64,000 nucleotides of DNA from an uncultured Acidobacteriota bacterium (GTDB lineage: Bacteria > Acidobacteriota > Thermoanaerobaculia > UBA5066 > Gp7-AA6): assembly GCA_963764715.1 (NCBI GenBank), contig CAVXTP010000022.1:32001-96000 (forward strand). The letters are read 5' to 3'. Every line of letters starts with the position of its first letter. Within the stretch, counting starts at the first letter, position 1. The translations under genes and the position numbers were made by a program. Below the pieces are notes generated by a model. The model searched no databases and was not told where the DNA came from. It saw nothing but the letters and a program-made list of their open reading frames with translations. Shown one piece after another: positions 27,544 through 37,833 of this stretch.

Positions 27544-28284
27544 ATGAACGGTTCGACCGCTCCGGGAATGAACGGGCCTACCGCGGACACGGTTTCCGCG
27601 TTCCAGGCGCGCCTGGGGTACGAGTTCCGCAACCTCGACCTGCTCGAGCGGGCCCTCACGCACAAGTCATTCTCCAACGAGAACCGGGAGCTGCGCTCGC
27701 CCAACAACGAGCGCCTGGAGTTCCTCGGGGACGCGGTCCTCGGCTTCGTCATCGGCGAGCTGATCTACCACTCGTTTCCCAACCTGCAGGAAGGGGCCCT
27801 CTCGAAGATCAAGGCCCACCTCGTCTCGGCCAGCATGCTGTCGTCCAAGGGCCGCGGGCTCGAGATCGGGCGATACCTGCGCATGGGCGCGGGCGAGGCG
27901 CGCTCCGGAGGGGCGGAGAAGCTGTCGCTGCTCGCGGATGCGTTCGAGGCCGTCGTGGCGGCGATCTATCTCGACGGAGGCGTGGCGCCGACGGAGGCGT
28001 TCGTTCGCCGCGTGTTCGAGCCGGAGGTCGCCGGAATCGACATCGGCGACCTGTCGTTTCACGACTACAAGACCACGCTGCAGGAGACGGCCCAGAGCCT
28101 CGGGCTGCCCCTGCCGGACTATCGGGTCATCGAGGAGTCCGGGCCGGACCACGAGAAGGCCTTCGTCGTCGAGCTCGCCTGGGACGGCGAGCCGTTCGCG
28201 CGCGGGCAGGGTCCCTCCAAGCGCGAGGCCCAGCGCAAGGCCGCCAAGGAGGCGCTGAAAAAACTCGGCCGGCTCCCCGCTTAG
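27544..28284 (+). CDS. rnc: Ribonuclease III
   Basis: NERLEFLGDAVL signature, DAFEA, C-terminal dsRBD. Start may be 27568. Confidence 0.96.
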   Translation: MNGSTAPGMNGPTADTVSAFQARLGYEFRNLDLLERALTHKSFSNENRELRSPNNERLEFLGDAVLGFVIGELIYHSFPNLQEGALSKIKAHLVSASMLSSKGRGLEIGRYLRMGAGEARSGGAEKLSLLADAFEAVVAAIYLDGGVAPTEAFVRRVFEPEVAGIDIGDLSFHDYKTTLQETAQSLGLPLPDYRVIEESGPDHEKAFVVELAWDGEPFARGQGPSKREAQRKAAKEALKKLGRLPA

Positions 28285-28314
28285 GCCCTTGTCACTCGCC
28301 AGCGCGAGCGACGG

Positions 28315-30030
28315 TTACCGCGAGCGTTCGATCCGCTTCAAGAACGCGTCGGCGTCTTCGAAGCCCACGAGGCGAAGCTCGGTCCGCTCCTTCCCGGAGG
28401 CGTCGAGGAAGATAATGGTGGGCACGCCGAGGATGCCGAACTTCTGCGCGAGCGCGACGGACTCGGGCGAGCCGAGCCGGGTCATGTCGGCCTTGAAAAG
28501 GTCGTGGCCCGAGAGGGCCTTCCGGACACGCGCGTCCGAAAACGTACGCTTCTCGAGCTCGAGGCACGGCAGGCACCAGTCGGCGGAGAAGTCGATCACG
28601 GCCGGGCGCCCGGTCGGGGCCGCACTGGCGGCGGGGTAGGGCTGCCAGCCGGACAGCGTCCGCGGCACGAAGAAAATCGCGATCGCGAGGAAGAGCGCCG
28701 CGACGCCCGCGCGGAGCGGCCACCGCAGGCCGTAGCCGCGGACGAGCACCGCGACGAGCGCGATCGCCAGAACGACCGGCAGCAGCCAGTGCCCCAGGGG
28801 CCGCGGCAGGACGCTCCGCAGGAAATAGGCCGCCATCGCGAGGAGGATCCAGCCGAAGACCTTCTTGACCGACTCCATCCAGGCGCCCGCGCGGGGCAGG
28901 CGCGAGAGGCTGCCCGAGAACGCTCCGAGGAAGAGGTAGGGGAGCCCGAGGCCGAGCGACAGCACGAAGAACATGAGGAGGCCGAGGCCGGGGTCCTGCC
29001 GCGCGGCCACGAAGGCGAGGAGTCCCACGATGAATCCGCCGACGCAGGGGGCGGCGACCACGCCGACGAACAGGCCCATCCCGAACGCCCCCGCGACGCC
29101 GCTGCGCGCGCCCGCGCGGTTCATGAGGGCCGTCGGCATCCGGATCTCCCAGTAGCCGAACATCGAGAGGGCCATGAGGACGAGGACTCCGGCGATTCCG
29201 GCGAGGACGACGGGATTCTGGAGCAGGGAGCCGAAGAGCTTCCCCGAGAGCGCCGCGGCGACCCCGAGGGCCGAGTAGGTCGTGGCCATGCCGAGCACGT
29301 AGAGCGCCGAGAGACCGAAGGCGCGCGAGGTCGAGCCGCGGGCCTCGCGCGAGAAGAACCCGACCGTCAGCGGGATGACGGGGTAGACGCAGGGCGTCAG
29401 GTTGAGGGCGAGGCCGCCGAGGAAGATCGAGAGGAGCACGATGAAGAGTCCGCGCTTCTCGAGCAGCGCCTCGAGCTCGCTCGAGCCGCTTCCGGCCTGG
29501 ACGCGCCGCGCTTCCGACAGCGGGACGGCGCCGCCCGAGAGCGGTCCGGCCGCCGGAGCCGCGGCGCTCGCCGGGGCCCCGGGCGTCGCGAACTTGACGC
29601 TCGCCGGCGCGAGGCACTGCTTGTCGTTGCAGGCCTGGTAGTTGATCGCGCCCGAGAGCGCCGGCGCCGCGCCCGAGCCCCAGCGGACCGGGACGAGGAT
29701 CTGGAACTCTCCCGCGTAAACGGAGAGCGGCGTCTCCGCGAAGGCGAACTTCTCCAGCTTGCCTTCGGGGTAGACCGGATCGCCGAAGGTCACGCCCGGC
29801 ACGGCGGCGAGCGCGACCTCGGTCGCGATGAGGTAGTCCTCGGTCGGCTTGTGGCTGTTGACGTGCCAGCCCTCGGCGAGCCGGGCGCGGACCGTCAGCG
29901 TGCCCTGGCCGGCCTCCGCTGCGGGCGCCACGGAGGCCTCGACGGTCATGAGCGTCGCCGGATCCGGAGCCGCCGCGACGGCGAGAGCCGCCGCCAGGAA
30001 GACGAGGCCCGCGAGCGCGACGCGTTTCAT
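28315..30030 (-). CDS. dsbD: Thiol:disulfide interchange protein DsbD
   Basis: N-domain YQAC...CLAP, TM motifs LTPCVYP and APC, thioredoxin domain WCLPC. Confidence 0.92.
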   Translation of the reverse strand: MKRVALAGLVFLAAALAVAAAPDPATLMTVEASVAPAAEAGQGTLTVRARLAEGWHVNSHKPTEDYLIATEVALAAVPGVTFGDPVYPEGKLEKFAFAETPLSVYAGEFQILVPVRWGSGAAPALSGAINYQACNDKQCLAPASVKFATPGAPASAAAPAAGPLSGGAVPLSEARRVQAGSGSSELEALLEKRGLFIVLLSIFLGGLALNLTPCVYPVIPLTVGFFSREARGSTSRAFGLSALYVLGMATTYSALGVAAALSGKLFGSLLQNPVVLAGIAGVLVLMALSMFGYWEIRMPTALMNRAGARSGVAGAFGMGLFVGVVAAPCVGGFIVGLLAFVAARQDPGLGLLMFFVLSLGLGLPYLFLGAFSGSLSRLPRAGAWMESVKKVFGWILLAMAAYFLRSVLPRPLGHWLLPVVLAIALVAVLVRGYGLRWPLRAGVAALFLAIAIFFVPRTLSGWQPYPAASAAPTGRPAVIDFSADWCLPCLELEKRTFSDARVRKALSGHDLFKADMTRLGSPESVALAQKFGILGVPTIIFLDASGKERTELRLVGFEDADAFLKRIERSR

Positions 30031-30929
30031 GGCGCCGGAGCGGGCTCGAGACGCGCGATGAAGGACTTCACGCGCTCGTTGTACCTGGAGTTGGGGTGGT
30101 CCTTGACGAACTGCTTGTACAGGGCGAGCGCCTCGGCGGGCTTGTCCTGCGACAGGGGGATCTGCGCGCGGAAGAGCTCGGCGCGCTCCTTCTGGTCGGC
30201 GTTCTTCGTGGATGCGATCAGCCGGTCGATCGCCTCGCGCGAGGCCGCGGGGTTGCCCGTCTCGAGCTCGGCCGCGGCGAGGCCCTCGAGCGCCGTTTCG
30301 CGGACGCCCGCGCCGGCATTCGGGGCCGCGGCCGCGCGCCGGAGGTACGGAATCGACGTCTTCATGTCGAACCGCGCGTAGAGCTCCTTGCCGATCGCGA
30401 GGGCGTCGGCGGCCGACAGCGAGTCCACGGGCTGCTCGAGCTTCGCGGCGAGCTTCCGGTAGGCGTCGATGTCCTTGTGCGCGTGCGAATAGAAGTCGGG
30501 CGCGTCCTTGAAGCCCTGCATCAGGAAGACGAGCCGGCCCTCGGGCGTCGTGATCAGCACGGAGGGCGTCTCGGTGACTTTGTACTTCTGCTCGAGCGCC
30601 TTCGCGTCCGGAGCGTCGTTCTTGAGCTTGACCGGGACCATGCCGACGAGCAGGGCCTCGAAATCGAACGCGGGGTAGAGGAGGCTCTGCATGCGCCGGC
30701 AGTCGCCGCAGGCCTCGCTCTCGAACTCGTAGTAGACGAGCTTCTTCTCGGACGCGGCGCGCGCGCGGGCCTCTTCGGCCGTCGCCGCCCAGACCGCGTT
30801 GCCCGGGCTCGTGACCGGCCGCTTGGAGCCGTGCGGAGCCGGGGTCGTCTGGGCCACCGCCGTTCCCGCGGCGAGCCCGAATGCGAGAACCGCGGCGGCG
30901 GTCCGGGGGCGCTGAATTCTTGGCAACAT
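30027..30929 (-). CDS. Periplasmic thioredoxin-fold plus TPR protein
   Basis: Signal peptide, CGDC, cis-Pro TP motif, TPR-like C-terminus; coupled to the dsbD start. Confidence 0.75.
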   Translation of the reverse strand: MLPRIQRPRTAAAVLAFGLAAGTAVAQTTPAPHGSKRPVTSPGNAVWAATAEEARARAASEKKLVYYEFESEACGDCRRMQSLLYPAFDFEALLVGMVPVKLKNDAPDAKALEQKYKVTETPSVLITTPEGRLVFLMQGFKDAPDFYSHAHKDIDAYRKLAAKLEQPVDSLSAADALAIGKELYARFDMKTSIPYLRRAAAAPNAGAGVRETALEGLAAAELETGNPAASREAIDRLIASTKNADQKERAELFRAQIPLSQDKPAEALALYKQFVKDHPNSRYNERVKSFIARLEPAPAP

Positions 30930-31000
30930 CTTGCGGGCAAACCCTTTCGCGCTCCCTGGAATTCCCGGGCGGCGGGGCGCAGGCCCTATGATCTCCCATC

Positions 31001-32725
31001 ATGAAGAAGTTCGCTCGGGTTTCCACGGTGCTCGGGATTCTCGCCGCCGTCACGGCCGCCCCGGCCGCCCGGGCCGACTGGCCTCAGTGGGGACGCACGC
31101 CCCAGCACGGCGGAGCGGCCCCCGTCACGGGCCAGTCGCTCGACCGCATTCTCGCCCACGCCGTCTACGATCCCTTCGTCGAGGCGATGAAGGCCGAGTC
31201 GAACGGAAACCTGCTCGCCCACTATGCCGTCCCCCTCGTCGACGCGTCCGGCGTGTACATGGTGTTCAAGACCGGGACGTGGACGGGCTTCGGAAACTGG
31301 GACTCGATCACCTGGACCGTGCGCAAGCTCCGCTGGAGCGGCGGGACGCTCGAGCCGGACTGGACGTTCGTGAGCGACTGGAAGCCCGAGCCGCTCGCTC
31401 TGACCGCCTGGGAGTCGGTGTTCCTGCCGGCGATCTCGGGCTCGGACATCTGGGTCCCGGGCCTCGGCGGCACGGTCTTCCGCGTGAACAAGGAGACCGG
31501 CGCGTCCCTCGGCCGCGTCAACCCGTTCGGAGACCTCGACGCGAACCGCTACGTCGCCGGGGGCCTCGCCGTCGCGCCGGACGGAGGCGTCCTCTACGAC
31601 GTCCTCGGTCTCGCGGACGACCCGTCCGAGTCGACCGGCGCGTGGCTCGTGCGCGTCGCGCCCGGAGGCTCCGGCTCTTCGCGCGTCGACTTCGCGACCC
31701 TCGTGCCGGGAGCGCCGGCGGCGACGGACCTCTGCGTCGGCACGTTCCTCACGAGCCAGAGGCCGTGGCCGCCGTCGACGACGGCCGTCCCGCCCTCGGC
31801 GCCCTGCGGCGCGCAGCGGCCCGGGATCAACGTCGTGCCCGCGATCGCGCCGGACGGCACGATCTACACGCTGAGCCGCGCCCACCGCAACGACCGCTAC
31901 GCCTACCTCGTCGCGGTCCACCCGGACCTGACGCCCGCGTGGGCCGCGTCGTTTCGGGGGATCCTCGACGACGGCTGCGGCGTCCTGCTCGAGAACGACA
32001 ACTCGAACCTGGGCTGCCGCGCCGGCGCGAACACCGGCGTCGATCCGGCGACCAACGACCAACCCGCCGGACGCGTGCGGGACTCGGGCACGGCCTCGCC
32101 GGTCGTGCTGCCGGACGGCGCCGTGCTCGTCGGCACGTCCACCTCCTACAACTTCAGCCGCGGCCACATGTTCAAGTTCGACGCGACGGGCGGCGTGCTC
32201 GCGATCTACGACTTCGGCTGGGACGTCACGCCCGCGATCTTCGAGCACGACGGCACGTATTCGATCGTGACCAAGGACAACCACTACTCGAGCTCCGACG
32301 GCGACGCGTACTACGACGTCACGACACTCGATGCGGCTCTGACGCCCGAGTGGTCCTTCCGGTCCAGCAACACGCAGAGCTGCGTGCGGCTGCCGAACGA
32401 CACGATCGAGTGCGTGGACGATCACCCGGAGGGCTTCGAGTGGTGCGTCAACCAGCCCGCGATCGACGCGGTCGGGACGGCGTTCTTGAACGGGGAGGAC
32501 GGCGTCCTCTACGCCTTCCGCCGCGACGGCTCGCTCCGGGACCAGATCTTTCTCGACACCGCCCTCGGCGCCGCGTACACGCCGCTCTCGCTCGGACCGG
32601 ACGGCGTCATCTACACCCAGAACAACGGCGTGCTCTTCGCGGTGGGACGCTCGGCGGCGGTCCGCGCCGAGCCGGAGCCGCCGGCGGTCCCGGCGCGCAA
32701 CCCTCGCGTGGTCGACCGGCCGTAG
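31001..32725 (+). CDS. Secreted PQQ-type beta-propeller-like protein
   Basis: Signal peptide A-R-A|DWPQWG, repeated PDG blades. Confidence 0.7.
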   Translation: MKKFARVSTVLGILAAVTAAPAARADWPQWGRTPQHGGAAPVTGQSLDRILAHAVYDPFVEAMKAESNGNLLAHYAVPLVDASGVYMVFKTGTWTGFGNWDSITWTVRKLRWSGGTLEPDWTFVSDWKPEPLALTAWESVFLPAISGSDIWVPGLGGTVFRVNKETGASLGRVNPFGDLDANRYVAGGLAVAPDGGVLYDVLGLADDPSESTGAWLVRVAPGGSGSSRVDFATLVPGAPAATDLCVGTFLTSQRPWPPSTTAVPPSAPCGAQRPGINVVPAIAPDGTIYTLSRAHRNDRYAYLVAVHPDLTPAWAASFRGILDDGCGVLLENDNSNLGCRAGANTGVDPATNDQPAGRVRDSGTASPVVLPDGAVLVGTSTSYNFSRGHMFKFDATGGVLAIYDFGWDVTPAIFEHDGTYSIVTKDNHYSSSDGDAYYDVTTLDAALTPEWSFRSSNTQSCVRLPNDTIECVDDHPEGFEWCVNQPAIDAVGTAFLNGEDGVLYAFRRDGSLRDQIFLDTALGAAYTPLSLGPDGVIYTQNNGVLFAVGRSAAVRAEPEPPAVPARNPRVVDRP

Positions 32726-32795
32726 ACGCGCGCCGCGTTGCCCCCGGGGGACGATTCCGCTAGACTCCGCGCTCCGGTTCGCGGGCTTTCCGGAT

Positions 32796-32871
32796 GCCCA
32801 GGTAGCTCAGTTGGTAGAGCAAGGGACTGAAAATCCCTGTGTCGGCGGTTCAATTCCGTCCCTGGGCACCA
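32796..32871 (+). tRNA. tRNA-Phe(GAA)
   Basis: GCCCAGG...CCTGGGC-ACCA, anticodon loop CTGAAAA. Confidence 0.96.
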
Positions 32872-32905
32872 TCTCTTCCGCCCGACCGGCCGCGAGAGAC
32901 GCACG

Positions 32906-33421
32906 ATGATCCTCAAAGTCGCGAAGCTCGGCGTGAAGACGCTGCGCCAGATCTCCCGGGACGTCGACCCGAAGGCCCTCGCCCGCGGCGACTACGAGGC
33001 GTTTCTCTCGGACCTCGAGGACACGATGCGCGAGTACGACGGGACGGGCATCGCCGCGCCGCAGGTGTTCACGCCGCTGCGCGCGTTCCTGTACGAGGTC
33101 CATCCCGAGACGCGCAAGCGCAAGGAGCCGGAAGTCCCCCTGACGGCCCTCTTCAACGCGACCTACGAGGGCGTGGGGACCGCGATGGAGGAGGACTCCG
33201 AGGGCTGCCTCTCGGTCCCGTTCCTGTGGGGCGGCGTCGTGCCGCGGTTCCAGACGGTGAAGGTCGAAGCGCTCGATCGCTCCGGCCGGAAGGTCTCCTT
33301 CGAGGCCTCGGGGTACCACGCGCGCGTCCTCCAGCACGAGATCGATCACCTGAACGGTCTCGTGTACCTCGACCGGATGCCGGACATGAAGAGCCTTTCG
33401 TACACGGTCAATTTCGGCTAG
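32906..33421 (+). CDS. def: Peptide deformylase
   Basis: GIAAPQ, EGCLS and QHEIDHLNG motifs. Confidence 0.95.
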   Translation: MILKVAKLGVKTLRQISRDVDPKALARGDYEAFLSDLEDTMREYDGTGIAAPQVFTPLRAFLYEVHPETRKRKEPEVPLTALFNATYEGVGTAMEEDSEGCLSVPFLWGGVVPRFQTVKVEALDRSGRKVSFEASGYHARVLQHEIDHLNGLVYLDRMPDMKSLSYTVNFG

Positions 33422-33467
33422 ACACGGTTCCCGGCGGCTCCGCCTTTTGCCATAGAATCCGGTCGCG

Positions 33468-34025
33468 ATGTCTCTCTTCTCGAAGAAGAGCACCCTTCCC
33501 GCCCATCCCCCGGCCCGGGGCGACGGGGGCGCCACTTCGGACTTCCTGGTCACCCGGGTGGAGCAGATGGTCGGCTGGGCGCGGAAGAACTCGCTCTGGC
33601 CGTTCCCGTTCGCCACGGCCTGCTGCGGCATCGAGTTCATGTCGGTCGCCGCGGCCCACTACGACATCGCGCGGTTCGGAGCGGAGGTCGTGCGGTTCTC
33701 GCCCCGGCAGGCGGACCTGCTGATCGTCGCGGGCACCGTGACCGACAAGATGGCCCCCGTCCTCCGCAAGATCTACGACCAGATGCCGGAGCCCAAGTGG
33801 GTCATCTCGATGGGCGTCTGCGCGTCCTCGGGCGGCTTCTACCGGGCGTATCACGTCACCCAGGGCATCGACGAGATCATCCCGGTCGACGTCTACGTCC
33901 CCGGCTGCCCGCCGACCCCCGAAGAGCTGATCCACGCGATCATGGAGCTCCAGAAGAAGATCGCCTCCGGCGAGAAGTCGCGCGACTCGCGATCCGCGCG
34001 CTTCGCCGCGGACAACCCGGCGTGA
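33468..34025 (+). CDS. nuoB: NADH-quinone oxidoreductase subunit B
   Basis: [23 protein letters not shown] and PGCPP. Confidence 0.95.
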   Translation: MSLFSKKSTLPAHPPARGDGGATSDFLVTRVEQMVGWARKNSLWPFPFATACCGIEFMSVAAAHYDIARFGAEVVRFSPRQADLLIVAGTVTDKMAPVLRKIYDQMPEPKWVISMGVCASSGGFYRAYHVTQGIDEIIPVDVYVPGCPPTPEELIHAIMELQKKIASGEKSRDSRSARFAADNPA

Positions 34026-35764
34026 GCGTCGTCGCGGCGGCCGCGCTTTCGCCGGCGGCGGAAAAGCTCCGCGAGCGTCTCGAGGCGTCGCCCGTCGGGG
34101 CGCGGGCCTCGATTCACGACCTCGACCTGCCGACGATCGAGGTCGGGCCGCCGGACTGGCTCGCCCTGGCCCGCTTCCTCCGCGACGATCCGGGCTGTCA
34201 GTACGACCTCTTCCTCGACCTCTGCGGCGTCGACAATCTCCGGCGCCGCGACCGCTCCCCGACGAACCGCTTCGAGGCGGTCGTCCACCTGCACTCGCTC
34301 TCGAAGAACGAGCACATCCGCGTGCGGGTCGTGCTGCCGGACGCGCCGGACGGGAACCCGTCGCTTCCGAGCGTCGAGAGCGTCTGGCCGGCGGCGGACT
34401 GGTTCGAACGGGAGGCCTACGACCTCTTCGGGTTCCGGTTCTCCGGGCACCCCAACCTGCACCGCATCCTCTGCCACGACGCCTTCGTCGGGCACGCCCT
34501 GCGCAAGGACTACGCCCCGGGCCAGCGCTGGTTCTACGCCGAGGAGGACCTGCGCTACCCGGAGTGGGCGCGGCACACCGAGGAGAGGGCCGGCCACTTC
34601 GAGACCCAGACGATCTCGATCGGCCCGTCGCATCCGGCGACGCACGGGATCATCCACCTGATCGCGCGGCTCGACGGCGAGACCATCGTCAAGGCCGAGA
34701 CGATGATCGGCTATCTCCACCGGTGCTTCGAGAAGATGGCCGAGACGCAGCACTGGAACCAGGTCATCCCGTACACCGACCGGCTCAACTACGTGTCGGC
34801 CATGATCAACGGCGTCGGCTACGTGCGGACCGTCGAGAAGATGCTCGGCATCGAGGTGCCCGACCGGGGCCGGCTCGTGCGGACGATCCTCTCCGAGTTC
34901 ACCCGGATCATGGACCACTGCGTCTGCATCGGCGCGAACCTCGTCGACATCGGCGCCCTGACCAACTTCATCTACCTCTACGAGAACCGCGAGAACATCT
35001 ACGACCTGATCGAGGCCTGCTGCGGGGCCCGGCTCACCGTCTCCTACGTGCGGGTCGGCGGCCTCGCGATCGACGTGCCGGACGACTTCGTTGCGCGGTG
35101 CCGGAGGCTCCTCGAAACGATCCCTCTCCTGATCGACGACGTCGAGAAGCTCGTGACGAACAACCGGATCGTGCGCAACCGGCTCTCGGGCACGGGCATC
35201 GTGACCCGGGAGCAGGCGATCACCTGGGGCATGACCGGTCCCATGCTGCGGGCGTCGGGCGTGGCGTACGACGTGCGGCGCGCCCGGCCCTACGACTTCT
35301 ACGACCGGTTCGACTGGGACGTCCCGATCGCGCAGGACGGCGACAACTTCGCCCGCTACCTGGTGCGCCTCGAGGAGATGCGGCAGTCGCTCAAGATCAT
35401 CCGGCAGGCCCTCGACATCTTCCCGGCGAAGGGCCCCGTCAGCTCGGACGACTGGCACGTGGTCCTGCCGCCGAAGGACGCCGTCTACCACGACATGGAG
35501 TCCCTCATCTACCACTTCAAGCTGACGATGGAGGGCATCCGCGTGCCGCCCGGCGAGCGGTACGAGTGGATCGAGGGCGGCACGGGGGAGCTCGGCTTCT
35601 ACGCCGTCTCGGACGGCCGCGGCGGCCCGTATCGGCTGAAGGTGCGCCCGCCGTGCTTCCCGAACATGGCGGCCTTCGAGAAGATCGTCGTCGGGGGCAC
35701 GGTCTCCGACGCCGTCGCGACGCTCGGGACGCTCAACGTCATCGCGGGGGAGCTCGACCGATGA
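34022..35764 (+). CDS. nuoCD: Fused NADH-quinone oxidoreductase subunit C/D
   Basis: NuoC part [19 protein letters not shown]; NuoD part [14 protein letters not shown] and terminal GELDR. Confidence 0.92.
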   Translation: MSVVAAAALSPAAEKLRERLEASPVGARASIHDLDLPTIEVGPPDWLALARFLRDDPGCQYDLFLDLCGVDNLRRRDRSPTNRFEAVVHLHSLSKNEHIRVRVVLPDAPDGNPSLPSVESVWPAADWFEREAYDLFGFRFSGHPNLHRILCHDAFVGHALRKDYAPGQRWFYAEEDLRYPEWARHTEERAGHFETQTISIGPSHPATHGIIHLIARLDGETIVKAETMIGYLHRCFEKMAETQHWNQVIPYTDRLNYVSAMINGVGYVRTVEKMLGIEVPDRGRLVRTILSEFTRIMDHCVCIGANLVDIGALTNFIYLYENRENIYDLIEACCGARLTVSYVRVGGLAIDVPDDFVARCRRLLETIPLLIDDVEKLVTNNRIVRNRLSGTGIVTREQAITWGMTGPMLRASGVAYDVRRARPYDFYDRFDWDVPIAQDGDNFARYLVRLEEMRQSLKIIRQALDIFPAKGPVSSDDWHVVLPPKDAVYHDMESLIYHFKLTMEGIRVPPGERYEWIEGGTGELGFYAVSDGRGGPYRLKVRPPCFPNMAAFEKIVVGGTVSDAVATLGTLNVIAGELDR

Positions 35765-36459
35765 GCGGCGTGATCGACGTCTCCCGGCGGGTGCCCGATC
35801 GCCTGACGTTCCTCCAGAAGCTCTACATCCCCGAGATCCTGCGGGGGATGGCGGTGACGCTGCGGCACCTCGTGCGCAACCTCGCCAACATCAAGGGGCT
35901 GCCGACGATCCAGTATCCCGAGGTCCTGCGCAAGTACTCGAACCGGTTCCGCGGCAAGCACATCCTCAAGACGCGCGAGGACGGGACGCTCAAGTGCGTC
36001 GCGTGCTACATGTGCCAGGAGGCCTGCCCCGCCGAGTGCATCACGATCGTCGCCGGCGAGCACCCGAAGATCGCCTACGAGAAGTACCCGGTGGTGTTCG
36101 ACATCGACATGATGCGGTGCGTCTTCTGCGGGTTCTGCGTCGACGCCTGCCCCAAGGACGCCATCTGGATGACGCGCAATTACGAGATGGCGTTCTTCAG
36201 CCGCGAGGAGGCGGTCTTCTCGATCGACCGGCTGCGCGAGACGCCCGAGGAGATCGCCAAGCACGGCTACGGTTACCGGCCCTACTACCCCGGCGACGGC
36301 ACGACGCCGCCCTCCGACGCGTCGATGTTGCCGGTCGTCCCGGGCAGCGGGGAGCGCGACCGTCTGCGCGCCGAGGCGGTCCCGCTGCCGGACCGCGATC
36401 CGGGCCCGGGCCCCCTGAACGCGCCGAGCCAGGCGTCCCAGAGACCCTTCCCGGCCTGA
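35761..36459 (+). CDS. nuoI: NADH-quinone oxidoreductase subunit I
   Basis: TIQYPE, RFRG, CVACYMCQEACP and CVFCGFCVDACP. Confidence 0.93.
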   Translation: MSGVIDVSRRVPDRLTFLQKLYIPEILRGMAVTLRHLVRNLANIKGLPTIQYPEVLRKYSNRFRGKHILKTREDGTLKCVACYMCQEACPAECITIVAGEHPKIAYEKYPVVFDIDMMRCVFCGFCVDACPKDAIWMTRNYEMAFFSREEAVFSIDRLRETPEEIAKHGYGYRPYYPGDGTTPPSDASMLPVVPGSGERDRLRAEAVPLPDRDPGPGPLNAPSQASQRPFPA

Positions 36460-36465
36460 TCCGGG

Positions 36466-37242
36466 ATGCCCGCCGCGATCGCCCGGGCGCTCGATGCGTG
36501 GCTCGGGCGGGCCGTGCGCGGGAGGCGTGAGGACCGGGTCGCCGCGCTGACGGGCCTTCCGACGCAACGCTGGCGCGAGCTCGCCCGCGCGTACCCCGAC
36601 CTCCCGGCCGACCCCGGCCCCCTGGCGGCGAAGGCGCGGGCGAGGCTTTCCCGCCTCGCCGCGCGGGCGCTCGCGAGCGGGCGCTGGAATCTGCGGCTCG
36701 AGGGCGATCCGCCGACGCCGCAGCCCTGCGTCTACGTCACGGCCCACCTGGGATCGCTGCAGGCCCTGCGCTACGCCCTGCGGTCTCGCGGCGCGCCGGC
36801 GGCGACGGTCCTCGGCCCCCACAACCTCGACCGGACGCTCGCCGCGGCCCAGGACCGGATCTTCGACCGTTCCCATCCGCACGCGTTTCCGCATGCTTTC
36901 CCGTCCTCGGCCGTGCATCGCCTCCGGGGGGCGTTGAAGCGGGGAAGCCTCGTCGCCGCGGCCGATCTGCCGGCGAGGGGCGGACGGCGGGTGCCGCTGC
37001 TCGGCGGGTGGGCGCTCCTCGACTTGCGTCCCTTTCGCCTCGCGCGCGCGGCGCGGGTGCCCTGCCGGCCGGCGTTCGCGACGCTTCCGGGCGGCCGCTG
37101 GACGCTGACGCTCGGCCCGTCGCTCCCGGCGGACGAGGAGGAGGCCGGGGAGGCGTTCGCGCGGGCTCTCGCGCAGGTCGCGGCCCGGGCGCCGCTCGAC
37201 CTCGACGGCGTGGTCTACCTGCACATCGCCGGGCGCGCCTGA
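36466..37242 (+). CDS. Possible lysophospholipid/LpxL-like acyltransferase (divergent)
   Basis: VYVTAHLGS motif and ALKRGSLVAAAD..VPLLG pattern; the catalytic acid is not evident. Confidence 0.5.
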   Translation: MPAAIARALDAWLGRAVRGRREDRVAALTGLPTQRWRELARAYPDLPADPGPLAAKARARLSRLAARALASGRWNLRLEGDPPTPQPCVYVTAHLGSLQALRYALRSRGAPAATVLGPHNLDRTLAAAQDRIFDRSHPHAFPHAFPSSAVHRLRGALKRGSLVAAADLPARGGRRVPLLGGWALLDLRPFRLARAARVPCRPAFATLPGGRWTLTLGPSLPADEEEAGEAFARALAQVAARAPLDLDGVVYLHIAGRA

Positions 37243-37257
37243 GCCGCCGGGGCGGCG

Positions 37258-37695
37258 TCAGTGGGCGTGCGTCGGCGGGTGCCCGTCGGTCTTGTGGACC
37301 GACTCGACGGTGATCCGGATCTCCTCGTCGGAGGCGCCCTTCTGCTTGAGCTGCCAGGCGAGGCGCGCTTCCGAAAGGCAGATGCCGCAGCCGGCGGCGT
37401 GGGTGTCGACGAAGCAGGTCAGGAGCGTCTTGTGCTTGAACGCCGGGCTCTCGGCGCACTCGCAGAAGCAGTGCAGCTTGTCGAGGGTCGCCGGGATCTT
37501 TCGCGCGATCTCGTAGCCGGGCGCGACCTCCGGGTCCCAGCCCTTCTCGAACTGCTTCGGGTCGAGCGTCGCCCGCCGCTCCTTGCAGGTCGTGCAGGCG
37601 TTCTTCGGGTCGGAGGCCGGCTTTCCCTCGGGCGTGTCGCCGAGGGCGAAAGCGGAGGCGGCGAGGAGAATCGCGGCGAGCGTTCGATGGCGCAT
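37258..37695 (-). CDS. PCYCGC-motif-like secreted protein
   Basis: LHCFCEC...HKTLLTCF...HAAGCGIC; signal peptide. Confidence 0.75.
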   Translation of the reverse strand: MRHRTLAAILLAASAFALGDTPEGKPASDPKNACTTCKERRATLDPKQFEKGWDPEVAPGYEIARKIPATLDKLHCFCECAESPAFKHKTLLTCFVDTHAAGCGICLSEARLAWQLKQKGASDEEIRITVESVHKTDGHPPTHAH

Positions 37696-37729
37696 GCCGG
37701 CTCGAAACGCCGGATTGATCGATCTATTC

Positions 37730-37833
37730 CCGCAGACCGCAGACCGCAGACCGCAGACCGCAGACGGTCTAGTCTGCTTGCTGCTTGCTTACTGCTTACC
37801 GCTTACCGCCGTCTGCCGTCCGCCGTCCGCCTA
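37730..37833. repeat. Heptamer tandem-repeat tract
   Basis: (CCGCAGA)x5 at 37730-37764, then a CTGCTTG/CTGCTTA/CCGCTTA/CCGCCGT series running to the korB stop. Confidence 0.85.

Noticed and set aside
34022-35764. Group 4 [NiFe]-hydrogenase large subunit
   Set aside because: There are no N- or C-terminal CxxC nickel ligands, and it ends in GELDR like NuoD.
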